Part shown: in pieces, positions 14,366 to 28,846 of the stretch
Layout of the letters: each line of letters starts with the position of its first letter
Numbering within the stretch: the stretch's first letter is position 1
Assembly (NCBI RefSeq): GCF_009914755.1
Contig: NC_060945.1
Direction: 5' to 3' (one strand)
Length of the DNA stretch: 64,000 nucleotides
DNA from: the human T2T-CHM13v2.0 reference genome, Homo sapiens
Position numbers and translations under genes: made by a program
The notes under the pieces: generated by a model
What the model saw: the letters and a program-made list of their open reading frames with translations, nothing else
What the model was told of the DNA's origin: nothing
Database searches by the model: none

Positions 14366-15405
14366 ATCCTTCTGAATGAGTGCTCCAGAGGAGGCCCCTC
14401 TGGAGGTAGGTGGGTACAGTCTGGTGGCGACATCCTGCATGTGCACGCACAAGAGAAGAGCCCATGCAAATCCACAGGGCGAATGCAAAGTCCTGCCGAG
14501 GATCCTCTACTCTCTGCCCGGCCCAGGGGTATGTGGGGAAAGTAGGTGAGGTGGCTTTTCTTTCCTATGGACCAGACCCTGCTGTGGGTCAGAGCTAGGG
14601 CCTCAGGACAGCACTCCCTCCAGGAGGCAATTATTCTTGAGGAGTCACTCTTCCAGGGCTGTCTTCCCTAGTGTCTTCTGTGAAGCGCCGTTGCTGCTGG
14701 TGAGAAGGAGGGGAGAGGAAAGCCATCTTCAGATGCTCAAGAATCTGCCAGGTGTGAGAGGGACCAAAACTCGTCTCTGCAGCTCCCGAAGACATAGCCA
14801 GGATGACAGGGGAAGAGTAAGACAAAGGCGTTTTCAACTCCGTGCGGAGAACTTTAAACAGTGAGAACGCTCCAAGAACAGACAGGGTGAGCTGGAGGTT
14901 CCTCTCACCTGTGAGTCTTAGATCCACAGCTGCACATCATACTGTCCCTTTTCAGCCCTGTACTGTCCCCTGGGCACAAGAGCTTGCCATCTGCCCTGCA
15001 TCCTCACACCAGCTGGCATGACCTCCTTGGGACACCCTGTGGATGCCTTCCTTGCCACTGCACACTGTCCCCTGGCCGACGTCACTCTTGACTTTTATAC
15101 AAGCCTCGGGGAGTCCCTGAACCTCTGACACCTCTGTTTCCTTTACATTTCCTGCAAATTGAAAGTCTGGTCGGGATCAGTGATTCCCAACTCATGCTCC
15201 ACAGACTAGAAGGGGCTGGACTAGGGTGGCCCGATGGTCAGACGGGCCTGGGAAATGCTGGGCCAAGCAGAGTAAGCAGGTGTCTCTGCTGTGGATTTCT
15301 CAGAGCCTTTAACTGGCACCTGTTGTGAATCTCTGAGAGAGCAACAGGGCTTCTAGGCTCCTCTGCCCCTGGTGCCAACTGATCTGCAACATCAGGTAAC
15401 ATCCC

Positions 15406-15829
15406 TGTGGTGGGTGAGCAGCAACAATCTGGGCCGGTGGTACTGGGGTAAAAGAATTTACCAAGACAGTTGTAGGCAAAGAAAGGCAGATTTATGAGAG
15501 AAAGTATGAAAACGCATTCCAAGGTTGCAATGGGCAGAATCAGCAGAAGAGGAGCCAACTGCAAAGAAACAAAGGCTTGCTGGGGATTTTATAGGGTGGT
15601 TCTTAGGCTGCAGAGGGCGACGTGCAGAACTAATAACGCCAAGGCAGCCAGGAGCTAACTTGGAGGTGTCTGGCCATAGCTCGGCCCAGGAAGATCATGA
15701 GTTACCTGAGCAGGAGGCCTGCGTGTCCTGGACCATGAAGAAAGTCAACTCTATAGCTTATCTGCTTTCTCTTTTTGCTTGCCCTTGGTCCTGCCAGCCT
15801 GACTCCTTTTCCCTAATTAGGACTCCACA
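15406..15829 (-). mobile_element. Solo LTR (ERV1, LOR1-like; family tentative)
   Basis: TG...CA termini with perfect 5-bp TSD ATCCC (15401-05 / 15830-34). ggggtaaaagaatttaccaagacagttgtagg is the reverse of a U5-type segment. Confidence 0.75.
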
Positions 15830-16786
15830 ATCCCAAGAAGCTAACATTCACAGACACAGGCTGGGAGACATCGGCTGACGCAGTTGATGAGGGTCCCTTA
15901 CGGCACCAACACCGCTTGCTGAGGCTCTGCTGAGACTCAGAAGGTGCCCTTACATGGAGCCAGAGAACAAATCGAGGCCACAGGGGGAAGGCAGGAAGAG
16001 CTGCTTCAAAAGAGAAACTTCAGGCTCCCATGAGCCTTTTAACAGCCTCCCTGCAAGGCAGCCACTGACTGATACCAGCCAGGTGATCAGTACAGGAGAG
16101 GACGGGGCCCAGGATGGGGCTATCCATCCGGGAGAGGGGGGTGCTTTACAGACTTTTCCAGAAGGTCCCCAGGGGAACCTTCACAATTCAAGGGCAGAAA
16201 GGATGTGAGGTCTGGTGAGGTTCCAACAGCCAGAGAGGAGCCAGGCAGGTCTGTTCAGCTTGAGTGCTTGGCCCATCAGCAGCTTGCGTTGGGTCAGAGC
16301 CTTCCTCCCTCAGCCCCAACCCCCTCCCTGCTACAGCCCCAAAACAGACAAGTCTGAACAGGTGTGACTAGAGGGAGCCAACAGGCAGGGTCCTTGGTGG
16401 GTGACACATGCTCACTCCCGACACTGACTCAGACAGCAGCAGGGAAGGGAAACCCCAAACCATTCAGGCTAGCTGAGTCAGCAGGTACAGTGTGGCCCAG
16501 AGCACGGGCTCAGCCCAGCTGACTCCTGGTACCTTGGGGAGGCACTGGGAAGTTTCAGCCAGGGAAGGAATGACTGCTCTGATTTCTATTTCTAAAAGAT
16601 CCAACAAGCCACTGGAGAGAGAATGACTGAGGGTGGAAAAACAGTCTGGTGAGACAGAAACTGAAGGAGGAAACCAAATGGCTCTGCTGTTTCTGAGTCC
16701 ACAGGGCCTGGACACAGAACCCCGCTACTCAGTCAAACTCTTACTCTAGGAGTTGCTGGGAGGGCATGTGGTAGCTCCGGGTGACT

Positions 16787-17010
16787 TCAAGTAAAGGAGC
16801 TTGTCCTCAAACATCTGGGTGGACCTCCTGTCAATAGCTGAAGGCCTTGAGAACCACACGGAAACTTCCCTGAGGAAGGAGAGATTCCTCCCATGGACTC
16901 AGTGTCAGCTCCAGCCTGAGAGTTTCCAGCCTCCCGCCTGCCCTGGATTTCAGACTTGCCTAACCAGCACCCCCACAGTTGCATAAGCCAGTTCCTCGCC
17001 ATATATGATG
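16787..17010 (+). mobile_element. MLT2 (ERVL) LTR fragment
   Basis: ctgggtggacctc...gctgaaggccttga...tttccagcct...ggatttcagacttgcc...gcataagccagttcct. Confidence 0.7.
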
Positions 17011-18064
17011 CAGCCACATTAAGCATGAAACATCTGTTTAGCATCCAAATGTGCCAAAGAAAAAGATTTACACTGATCAGAATTTGTTGGCATTTGATGC
17101 TGGAGCTGAGTGTGGGGGCTGCTCTGGAGATGGGTCCAGCCCAGGGCAGTGCCCATAGTGAGATACCCAAGAAAGGAGGCCAGCGTGGTTGGAGGAGACC
17201 TGGGAGGGAGCTGGCTCAGGCGAAAGGAGGAGGAAGCACTGGTGCTGGGGGCAGGGGAACTTTGACCCCAGTGTATCCGAGTGTCAGGGGAGGCAGGGGG
17301 TGGCAGAAGGGGTGCTGGTATCCGAAGGGCAGGAGTGGACTGATGGGGGATGTGTGCTGTCAATGTTTCCTGAGATGGAGCAGCTGTTCCCAGCCACGGT
17401 GCAGCTGCATAGGACAGCCCAGAAGAGGCAGAGCTGAGTGACACCAGGGCCAGCTTTGCCAGATAAGCGCAATAGTGGGCAAGCAGTGAGAACATGAAGG
17501 GTGTTCCTAACAGAGTGGCTCTAACACGGTGCTGCCATGGAAGTTTTCTAGGGAGGAAGGGGGCCAGCCGGGGTGAGGCACAGGGGGCTGCTGTGCCAAT
17601 GGGCAGGACCAGCTGTGCCAGGTCCGGGTGTGGGGCCAGCTTGCTGGGATGTGGTCTTAGAACCAGTGAGAAGAAAAGTAGAAACATGCAGGCAAGGGGT
17701 TCCCAAAGGGACTTTTCAGAGGGGTGGCAAGGCCAAGGGGCTGGGCGGCCTGGAAGGGCCACCACCAGGATTAGTTCAGGTTGCCCAGAAGCTAGCACCA
17801 GGTGGCTGAGGCCACAAAGAGAAGCTGATGAGGGGCGACAGGGGCAGCCAGGGCATTTCCTTTCTGAACTGTCCCCACTCAGATGAAAGCACCATGACTG
17901 ACACACATCTGTGCACAAGGCGAGTAGCCATGGAGCAGCTCCTCCGAGAGCAGGCAAGGCACGAGAGGCACAGAGAACCCCATTTCAGAGAACCCCATGG
18001 TGGCACACTGGGAGAGAAGGCTCCTGACAGAGGGGCTCTGTGAAGCTCTCTGTGGAGTTGCAAC

Positions 18065-18178
18065 TCGCACACGCGTGCACACATTCATACACTCATACAC
18101 GTGCACACACATGCACAAACCCCCACACACTCACAAGCCTATGTGTGTGCACACACGTGCATACACTCATACGTAAAC
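18065..18178 (+). repeat. Degenerate CA/TG tract
   Basis: gcacacgcgtgcacacattcatacac... Confidence 0.75.
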
Positions 18179-19324
18179 GCAGCCACCCCCACCCAGCACC
18201 AGGTACCCACCCTCGAACTCCAGAGGTTCCTGGGCACAGGTCCTCGAGCCTGTCCAGGGCCCCAGCTCCCAGCTATGCTCATCCCAAATCGCCCTCGAGA
18301 CTGCCCAGAGCATGACTCCGGCTAGGGCCCCTCTGGGGGCCTCCCTCAGCCTCCTCCAGTTCACAGACCCTTTCCTGATCCTCAGGGCCAGGGCAGATCC
18401 CAACCAGTGAACTGGAGAAGAGGGGCTTGGGACACAAGGGGATAAGAAACGAGTGCCCCAAAATGCTGCAGTAACCATTCGCCTCCAACTTGAATGGCCT
18501 ATCATCCTAAACGTGAAAACAGATGCAGGTGTCAAGCCGATGCTTAGGGAGATACTCAGCCCTCCCAAATCCCAAGAAAGGATTAGGCCTTCCAAAAAAT
18601 TCTAGTGACAACTTTCTAGGAAGAGCAGGCCTTTGGTGATGGCTGGTCTTGAGGGCTGGGAATGGATGGCTGAGCTCCAGGAGGAACTGAGCTCAGGTGC
18701 AGCCTGTCCAAGGGCAGTGGGAGGCTCCAGTATGATGCTAGAACATTCTGTTGCCAAGGAGAAGGTCCGCCCTCTGTATAAAGTTCAGACAGTGCCCTCC
18801 ACACAGGCTTCTGCCAGCCCTCATGACCTTGCAGCTGGCCTCTCTGTCCTCCCCATTCTTCACATCCAGCCAGTTTCTCCCACACACGGGGCCAGGGTTG
18901 CTCAGCCCTTTATACCCGGCCATAATGAGAGAAAAAGCATTTATGCTGAGGTGATTTTTGCCAAGAAAGAAGGCAACCATGGGCTTGTTTCTGTCATTCC
19001 TGCTGCACTAACCCTGTCAAAGTGTGACAGCCACTGCTTCCCAGGTGGCAAGACAAGAAATGCTGGGTTGAGAAGCTGGTCCAACGACCTTGAATTTCTG
19101 GAGAGAGAACTGGGAGGCCTTGCTCTTCTCCCTTTTCTGGGCTCACAACCCCAACACATACAATCCTTCTTCCACAATGTGGTGGTGAGTCATCCACACT
19201 GGGTGACCAATGGAGGCCTGGTCATTATCCAAACAATTAAGCCTCAACAGACCAATTTATCTGGCCATCCACTGTGAAACATATCTCAGACGTTCTAAAA
19301 AGATAGGAAAGAAAAGAAAAATTC

Positions 19325-19610
19325 AGCCTGTAATCTTAGTACTCTGGGAGGCCCTGGCTAGGAGCTTGAGACCAGCCTAGGCAACATAGTGAGACCCCCA
19401 TCTCTACAAAAAAATATTAAAATTATCCAGGTGTGATGGCACACACCTGTAGTGCCAGCTACTTGGGAGGCTGAGGTGGGAGGATCGCTTGAGCCAAGAA
19501 GTTCAAGGCTTCAGTGAGCTATGACTGTGGCACTGCACTCCAGCCTGGAAGACAGAGTGAGACCCTGTCCCTAAAAAAGAAAAAAACAAAAAAATAAGGA
19601 AAAGAAAAAG
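19325..19610 (+). mobile_element. AluJ, partly deleted left arm
   Basis: gcctgtaatcttag...gagaccagcctaggcaacatagtgagacc...A-rich tail. Confidence 0.88.
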
Positions 19611-22600
19611 CCAACCCCAACAGAACAAGACCAAAGCTAGGTATCCTCCTGTTTCCCCAACTTCCTTCTGGGACAGCCTCCCTCTAGAACTTTCTGTCCT
19701 CCTGGAAAGTGGCCTTCACTTGAGTTCAGCAACATTTATTGGACACGGCACTTATTTGGTCCAGACACTGGGGACGTAAAGAACACAGCCTGGTGGGGGC
19801 ACAAGGTACAGAAACCACGAGGCCACGCTGGCCCTCCCAGCCTACTGGCCCCAACCTCCCCTCCAAGTGACACCCTGCGGGTGCACATCCTATCCCTCTG
19901 CCCAGAAGCCCCTCTTCCTACCACAGCTCCTTCTCTGACTCCTTGGCAGAGCGTGTGTGTCCTTCAAAGTCCAGCTCAGACACCACCCTGACTGCCAGAG
20001 CCCCTTCCTACCAAAAGTGTCCCCTCCGCATCAGTGCTTCACTCTAAGCCCCAAAATCTTTCCATTATGGCCAGCATCTACCATCAACTGCCCAATTCAA
20101 ACCCCAGCCACTCTTTCTAGAATTTAACCTCAAAATCTGTGTCCTCATCTATAGAATAATAATCGTTGCTAAGTTGAATACCTGTATTCAACTGAATTTG
20201 AATGTGTATAGGGAGGCGCATGTGAGACCATTCAGATAACAGGCCATACGTGGTGCCTGCACACACTAGCTCTTAGAAAACATCTGCTAAGTATTCTGAT
20301 GACTGGTTTGAGTCCAACCCCCTGATCTGTGGATCCCTGAATCTGTAGGGTCTGACCCAGGGCCAGAGCACAGAGTTCTGATATTGATCTGTCACACTCA
20401 CTGTGCCCAGCATTTTGGAGAGCCCTGCAGGGGACGGGGAGGGGGACTTGCCCTGTAGAGAGCTGGGTTGCTGCCCCATGTGCTTACTGGCTTGTGCATT
20501 TCATTCCTCAGGTTGTTTGGGCTTGATAAGTGTAAATTACGTAGCCAGTGCATGAATGATCAGGGATACATACTTTGACCTGCACTGGGGCAGGAACACA
20601 GGACTTCCTCCTGGACCTGGCTTCCACTGGAGCAGAGCCCAAGGCAGGGCTTTTCCTACGCATAAAGCTCTGTTGTGGTTTTTAGAAACCACCCCCAGGA
20701 AGAGGAATGGCCAAGGGAGCAGAAAGGAGGAAATGTCAGCCCCAAAGTTGCATCTTGAGTTGGTCTCCTCCATGGACAACTGAGGCTCTGTCCTTCAGTG
20801 ACCCTCTGAGGAGCTGGGGAGAATGGAGCTTGTCTGCACATGCCTTGCTTATAGGAGTGCTGGCCTGGTATGGTCCTGGTATCTCACCCTGCCCAATCTG
20901 AAAAGCCCAGGAGAGGGCAAAAGGGGCTGTTGGTCACACCTGCATACAACAGTGGCTGGCGCAAAGATAAGTGTGGAAGCTGTGAGGAGGCATAAGAAGT
21001 GTCCGGCGCCCAGACCCATCACTCCGCAAGAGACAGGCCTGTTGGTGTCATATGGAGAAAGACCCTAGAGCTCCAAGCTCTCAGGGTGCCAGACCAAAGA
21101 TTCTGCAAGACCCTTGTCGGCCTGTCACCCAATGGGTGCTCTCTAGAGGACAGAGGGGTAAATGGCAGAGACACCTGAGGAACAGGCTTTCATGACGCCA
21201 CGGAGCACCAGGTAAACCTCAGACAAGTCCACACTGTGAGGCCCAGGCCCAAGGGGCAGGGGACAGGAGGAGCCCCATGCCCTGTTGCAGGGAAAATCTG
21301 CTGCCCTGGCCCAGCCTCTTTGGGGATGCTGCATCAGGACAGCCTCACCCTGGTGGCGTCGCTTGCCTCCAGTGTGCAATGTCTGCAGGAACATCTGGGT
21401 CCCTGGCTAGAACCCCTTGTCCTGCCTCTTGAGTGCTCAGGGTATGCTATGGAAATGCAGACGAATTTTAACAAGATCCCAAGCTAAATGCAATCAGGGA
21501 GAAATGAAAACTTGGGCAAAACACATCACATGTTCCAAGGTCAAAGGTGAAAGCTGTTTGTGACTGTTGCACACCACTTCAGCTCTCTGTCACAGCCCTG
21601 CCTCTCCCCAGTATACCACTCTGATAGTTGAGTGATGTTTTAAGTATGAAAAACTGTCACACCTGGAAGGTGGGGGGGCCCTGGAAACCTGAGCTGCTGG
21701 GAAAACGTGCTCCCCTCCTCCATGAGGAGGACACAAGCCCACACCCCTAAGCCACTGTATGGGGCTGCTCTGATGGGGCTTCAGGATGTGCCCCAGCCTG
21801 GAAGGAGCTTGCTGATTCTTGCCTCTGAATGGCCATGTCCTGAGCTGGAGCACCTGAAGACAGCTATGGTGCCCAGAGGCCTGGGAGCTGTCGGGTAGCC
21901 TGGCCCCACTGCAGGTGGCAGATCTGGGAGCCACAAGAAATGCTCTGCTATTTCATACTATGCATTCTTCAGAGGCTGGTGCAATAGAGTTTAATCAACT
22001 TCCTCTGGAAGAGACTATATTCATGCAGACTTGTAAGAAAGAGAAATAACTTGAACTCTGGTTTGTTTGCTGTTCTTGGTGTGCACATTCATAAATCCCT
22101 AAAAACCCCGAAGCACAAGCACTGCCCCTGCCGTTCCTGCTCTCTGCTTGGTGGTCAGGCCACTCCATGCAGCAGACCAGCTCAGGCCTATGTGGCCTGG
22201 AACCATCTCTTCTACATGAGACAAGGCCGGGACCTCTGCCCCCACCCACAAGCACATGGAGAGGGAGAGGGAGCCCCCTGCCTGAGCAGCAGAGACCCCA
22301 GGAAGGAGGCCAAGCCCTCCTCACACAGGAGGTCTCCAGCTGCCCTCTGAGGTGAGGGGTGCCTCTCCCAAACAGCACAAAGTACAGCCCAGACCAGAAT
22401 GTTTTGGAAGGACTCAGAAACAAGAAAGTGTGTGCTGAGTAAGGGCCGGGGCTGCAAAATACAGGGAAGAGAAGCCACCTTGCAGCCTGGACTGCGGGTT
22501 GTGCAAGCCCTGCCGGCTGCAGCCTGCCCTCCCAGGCTGGGGATTAACATGGGAGCAGACGGCTTGGCTCAGAACCAAGTGTGACTAATTGAGAGGACAA

Positions 22601-23519
22601 ACAGGAAGGCTTTTCACCTGCCCAGACCTCATTCAGGGTTTCCTACGAGACGATAGCATCAGGAGCCCTGGCGAGTACAGGCAGTTTTGTTCCTTGCTCT
22701 GAGTCTCTTGTGCTGATGACGTCAAAGGGGCCTAAGACAGTGCCCCCAAACCTGGACAGAGTGTGGAGGAGAAAGAAAGCTGGTGAGCAAGCATTTTGGC
22801 CTTGAAGACCAGATCGCTCATCCCAAAGCTTGGGTCCCTGGCCTGGGAACTGGGTTTACTGATTCCCCTTGTGATTCTAGCTCCTTTAACCTTAAGACGG
22901 AGCCTTTCTTCTGGCAATTACCCAGGAATGGGACTTTCTTCCAGCACAGCAGAGAAAACAGGATTAAGCAAGGGGCTCTGGATCCTAAGACAGCCTCTGG
23001 AGCTGGCAGGAGAGTCTGGTGGCTTCTGCACTGGGCCAGACTTCCACCCAGGTTTCCAGTGACAAGGTTTTAAGGGAGAAATGCAAATCTGATGAACATT
23101 TAACTCCATGAAGCAGATAGCTTCAGGTTTGTCCTGCAGGATTCAGAGGTCTATGACCCCTGACACATCTACACTTGACCTGTAGCCAAAAATAGTTAAA
23201 AAGATTATAGAGCCCTAGAAACCTGGCCCTGTCTTCAGTGCCCACAGGGTAAAACGTATCTTCTGGGCTCATGGGAGAGGTGCAGTCACAGTGCCCTCCT
23301 GCCCCCTCATACACGGGGGTGCAGAGCCAGAAGCAAATGGGAGACAAACATTCCCCTAAACCCTAGTTCCAGCCCACACAGCCAAAAGCCAACTCCCCCT
23401 TAGAAAACCTTAGTATGCGTGTCAGCCAAATTCCTTAGGGTTGAGGCAGAGGTGTAGCGAGGGAAGCTTGCCGGACTAGAGTCAAGACACAGGTATGTTT
23501 AGCATGGGAAGGAAGGTAT

Positions 23520-23694
23520 GACAGTCCCCACACACAGAGACGCAGACAGAGAGAGAGATGCACACAGAGACACACAAAAACATACAGACAAGATACAGAA
23601 ACAACACTCACAGGCACAGTCACACAGACATACATGCACACATACATGCAGACTCATACAGATAGGCACACACAGAGGCACAGTCACACACAAA

Positions 23695-23737
<43 letters not shown>

Positions 23738-23746
23738 ACAGACACA
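23520..23746 (+). repeat. CA/CAGA-rich tract ending in a pure (CA)n run of about 18 units
   Basis: Uninterrupted CA run at about 23696-23733. Confidence 0.92.
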
Positions 23747-24225
23747 GATCTGTGGTCATCTCCACTGAATTGCCAGGGACATCACTGAAACAACTTGAAC
23801 TCTGTCCACACCTGATTCAGGCAATAAGTGTCTGTGGGTCAGGGCAGGGGTTATGGGTGGATCCCACCGTGGTGTGACTGTGGGGAGAGTCCAGGGCAGC
23901 TCAGCAGCCTCCAGGGAAGGACACAGCCCAGGAGAAGTGCTAGGGGAGTCTGGGGCCCTGGTGGGTGGCTTGGACAGGTAGTGGGAGCAGCACCCAAGGA
24001 ATACGGAGGCCCAACCAGTTGAGTGGCAGAGGCTCTAGCCAGCCTGGGCATGGGTGCCTTTTCCACCCAGGGTAAACTGCAGCCACAGGGGCAGGGGTCC
24101 CCGAGGAGAAGGCGGCACAAGGAAGGGCTCTCAAGGCACCTTCTTGAAGACCAGGAAGACTTTGTGAAAGGAAAATAAATCTCGGGACCCCAAAATCACT
24201 AAGCCAAAGGGCAAAGTCAAGCTGG

Positions 24226-24802
24226 TGTAAACCAAAAATAAAATTCTAAGTCCCCCGACAAGAACGGACCCTTCCTCTCAGCAAGGGCATTCCAAAGCTA
24301 ACCTGAAAAACAAGTTCAGGCCATGATGGGAAGGGAAGTCAGGCATGACTCATTATACCCTCTTCCCTTTTGGAATTACTGATAGAATAGGGTCTTTAAG
24401 TCTGATAAGAAACATTTACAATCTATTGTCTCCGAAGCCTGCTACCTGGAGGCTTCACCTATGGTCTCCACAAACCCTTATCTTAACCCAGACATTCCTA
24501 AGTCTTTAGACAATAACTTAACTCTTTCAACCAACTGTCAATCAGAATATCTTTGAATCTACCTATGAGTTGGAAGCCCCCACCTTCCAGTTGTCCCGCT
24601 TTTCCAGACCGAACCAAAGTACATTTACATGCATTTGATTGATGTCTCATGTCTCCCTAAAATGTACAAGCTGTACTCCATCCACCTTGGATACATGATC
24701 TCAGAACCTCCTGGGGTTGTGTCATGGGCCACTGGTCACTCATATTTGGCTCAGAATAAATCTATTCAAATATTTTAGAGAGTTTGACTCTTTTTGTTGA
24801 CA
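24226..24802 (+). mobile_element. Nested MER4B/D-type solo LTR
   Basis: tgtaaaccaaaaataaaattctaag...gagtttgactctttttgttgaca with perfect TSD CTGG (24222-25 / 24803-06). Confidence 0.85.
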
Positions 24803-25053
24803 CTGGGAACTGCGTCAGGCCTCCCATTTTATTCCTAAATAAGATAGCTACAAAGATTAAAAAAAAGCTACATACCTCCTTCACAATTTGCCTCAAGATC
24901 TATACCCTAAAACAGTTCTGTTGATTTTCACCCTGGCAATGTAAATTGGTAAGTTATCTTCACAGGTATGGGACAAAGGACAGAACTCAAAGTCATCCCT
25001 CTGGTCACCTGAGACAAATGCATATCTGATGGCTTCCTCTGCCCTATTGTTTA

Positions 25054-25395
<342 letters not shown>

Positions 25396-26876
25396 TTAGG
25401 CATAAGTGACTATTCCTCTCTACCTGCCTCTCACATGTAAATTGTATATTCAGTGAAAGGCTTATCAAAGACCCAAAAGAATGCAACCTTTTGTCTCTTG
25501 TTTACCTATGACCTGGAATGCCCTCCCACTCCTCCCAGCTTCCAGTCGTGCCATCTTTCTGCACTGAACCAATGTACTTCTTACACATATTGACTGATGA
25601 CTCATGTCTCTCTAAAATGTACAAAAGCAAGCTGTGGCCCGACCACCTTGGACACATGTCGTCAGGACCTCCCGAGGCTGTGTCACGGGTTCATCCTTAA
25701 CCTTGGCAAAATTAACCTTCTAAATTGATTGAGGCAAGTCTCAGATACTTTTGGGTTCACAACCTGATGAGAGAACAGAAAGGCCCCAGTCTGCTGATTG
25801 CCACCCTCAACATAGCACACCCACATACCCCCAAATACAGCACACACACCCCAACACGGCACACACAGAGGCTGCTGCTCCAAGCAGCACAACAGCTCAT
25901 GGGACATTCAGGTGCTGCCTCCCCTTCCCTGGGCTCAGGGCCAAACCTAAACTACCTCTAAGGAACAGGTATCTAAGCCAACACATGCACCCCCAGCCCC
26001 TTTACAACAAGTTTCACAGAACCTTAGGTACAGAGAGGTGAGAAATTTCATCCAAATGTAAGAAAACAGCCTTCTACTCTCATAATTGAAGGAAGTGTGC
26101 TCAAATGCCAAAGTGTAGTACTAAGTTTCTGGAAAACTTACTTCCCTGGCTGAGGGTGGTGGAGGGAAGGACACTGATTCATCAAGAAGAGGAAAATATT
26201 CCAAGTACAATGTATAAAGGAGCAGGCATGCGATATATTTTTTAAGAATTTCCATTAAAATGGTTCTTTCAAAAAAAAGCTCTGATGCCTAACGGGTGAG
26301 CTTCAGCTCCCAGCAAAAATACACACTTTGTGAATTGTAGGCTCACTCCACTCTGTCCTTAAGTAATCTTAACCTCGTCTAAGTTTCAGATGCCCCTTTA
26401 TTTCTCTTCTATCAGTATTTGGACTAAAAAAAACAAAAAGAAAAGAACAAAGCAGAAGCACCCGCTATTGCAAGGTATGCTCTTACCTGCCCCTCTCCCT
26501 GCCCATTCTGGCTTGGTCATGTCAGCCCTGGGCTGTGACCACCTGCCTGCCCAGAGCAGGGGACATCTCCAAGGGAGAGGTCCTGTTAACTCTAAGCCTA
26601 GCAATGTCCTGTGCTGGCTTTCTGGCCTAGAGCAGGGAGAATTTGTCCTGCTCCTGCCCTGGTTTGTCTCAGCTCTGTGGAATCTAAAATAAAAGACTGA
26701 AAGAGAGGACTACTCAATGATTCTAAGCAAGGTAAGATAGGTTGTAGTGATACCTGAGCATGCAGCTCATGGAGACAGGAATGATAATTTTATAAACTGC
26801 TGCAGATACTGAACAGAACCTTTTAAAAATCAAGGCTTTTGATATTGATAATTAATCTCTGTCTCTCCCTATTCTT

Positions 26877-27186
26877 TTCTTTTCTTTTTTTTTTTTTTTT
26901 TTTGAGACGAAGTCTTGCTCTGTTGCCCAGGCTGAAGTTCAGTGGTGTGATCTCGGCATACTACAACCTCTGCCTCCACAGTGCAAGCGATTCTCCTGCC
27001 TCTGCCTCCTGAGTAGCTGGGACAACAGGCATGTGCCACCATGCCCACCTAATTTTTGTATTTTTAGTAGAGACAGGGTTTCCTGTTGTTGGCCAGGCTG
27101 GTCTTGGACTCCTGGCCTCAAATGATCCACCCGCATCAGCTTCCCAAAGTGCTGGGATGACAGGGGTGAGCCACCACACCCGGCCA
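26877..27186 (-). mobile_element. AluS
   Basis: Full dimer with poly-T; TSD core ctctccct.ttctt. Confidence 0.9.
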
Positions 27187-27554
27187 ACTCTCCCTCTTCT
27201 TTCTCAATGTTATTGTGTGATCAGGCAGCCACAGGAGCCTGTCACTTATCAGCACATCTTGTCTCAATACCAGCCTGGTGGGGAGCAGGGGTTACTGCCC
27301 CCCACCACACCAACTACTTCCCATTCTCTTCCCACCCTCTTGACCCCATGGGCCTGCTGGTGGCAGCAGAGTGGCACATTGGCCAGAGAGGCTGCAGACC
27401 CTCTGCCAGGGGGTGAAGCAGCTCATCGCCAGAACTGCAAATGCCCAGGCGCAGGACAGACACTGGCCTGAAGGCAAAGGACCCTAGATGAGGTTACGGG
27501 CCCAGGGAAAGGGAGGTGACACCAAGAGGCACAGACTGTAACCGCAACTCTGTC

Positions 27555-27645
27555 ACTAGAGTCCAGTATCCTCACCTGCAGAGTGTGGCTGGTGATGCCG
27601 ACCTCACGGGGTGGCCGTGAGGACTGACTGAGCTGAAGGAAATCA
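27555..27645 (+). mobile_element. MIR fragment
   Basis: cagtatcctcacctgcagagt...acctcacggggtggccgtgaggactgactgag resembles the MIR core. Confidence 0.5.
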
Positions 27646-28846
27646 GGCAGAGGTTCTGAACTGCCACCAGGAAGCCAATGCTTTGTTTTCAGCTATGGGA
27701 CTACCGTTAATGTGGGACGCCTTACAGTGTCATAGACATCATTAAATGCTTTCAATGCTCAAGTGCCTGGTTATGTGCCTGGTACTACACTAGGCCACAC
27801 AAATTCCACAAGCCCAGGGCAAACGGCTCCTTACCAAAAAGTAAATGATCCTGGGGGGAATCCTACAAACTCCCAGAAACTGCAGATGAAACATCAGATA
27901 AGCATGTCCATACACTTTTGTATACAGAAGGTTTCTCAGATTCTCAGAGTGGCCCATGACCCTGTAACAGCTAAGAACCACAGTTCTAGGGCTTATGATC
28001 CAAAAAGAGAGTAGGTATGAGCCATGGCCAAAGGAAAGGCTGCTGGTGCCAGCGACTGAGCATGAAGGCACAGGATGGCAGAGGAGATGCTTTCCTCCCC
28101 GGTGGGCAGGTGGCAGGCCCCACTCCAGCAGGGACCTATCACCTTCACGTCAGCCCATGCTATGCAGGACCAAGTGTGTGTATGGCAGCTGGGCAAAGTA
28201 TCCAGTGAGAACATGCACACTTGGGCCTCAGATCTGGGTGTGGCTGGAGTCTGTGGGGAGAGTGAAAGCTTCACCTTGGGGAGGCATGTTTGGAAAGAAA
28301 CTCACTTCAGCAGTCTCGAGGACTTTTGCCATTTGAGGTGCTGGGGGTGGGGAGGGCAGCGATGACTAGAGGCTGACAGTGTGGTCATCTGACAATCTTA
28401 AGAGCAGGTTCCACTTTTTTTTTTTTTTTTTTTTACATTTTTAAGTGTGAATCAGAGGCTGCTCCTGCCCCAGGCCCCACAGTCATCGCACAGAGCAAGG
28501 CGAGAGGTCTCCCAGCCAGCACCTGAGCACTCTCTGCTGCCCTTCAAACATACACCAAGCCCACACTTACAGGGCCTTTGCACTTCTTCCCAAAGCCTGC
28601 ACTGCTCTCAGACATCGAAACAGTAATATTTTGCATAACACCATTTAACCTGAAAAGTTGGGCTGCAAGTATGACTTCAATTAAAAAATATAATAGACTA
28701 TGTGAGTGGGAGTCATTTTTCCAGCTAACAGTCATTTTGTGCTGAGTATGATCTAAGAGCATTAAATGTACATTTATGGCGGGAAAAGCAGCAACTTAGG
28801 GAGCTCCACTGGAACAATATAAAATCCTATAATAAAGGCTATTCAT

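Noticed and set aside
17019-17957. 312-aa minus-strand ORF
   Set aside because: Starts at TTG in GC-rich DNA, Pro/Ser/Leu-rich with no domain; expected by chance.
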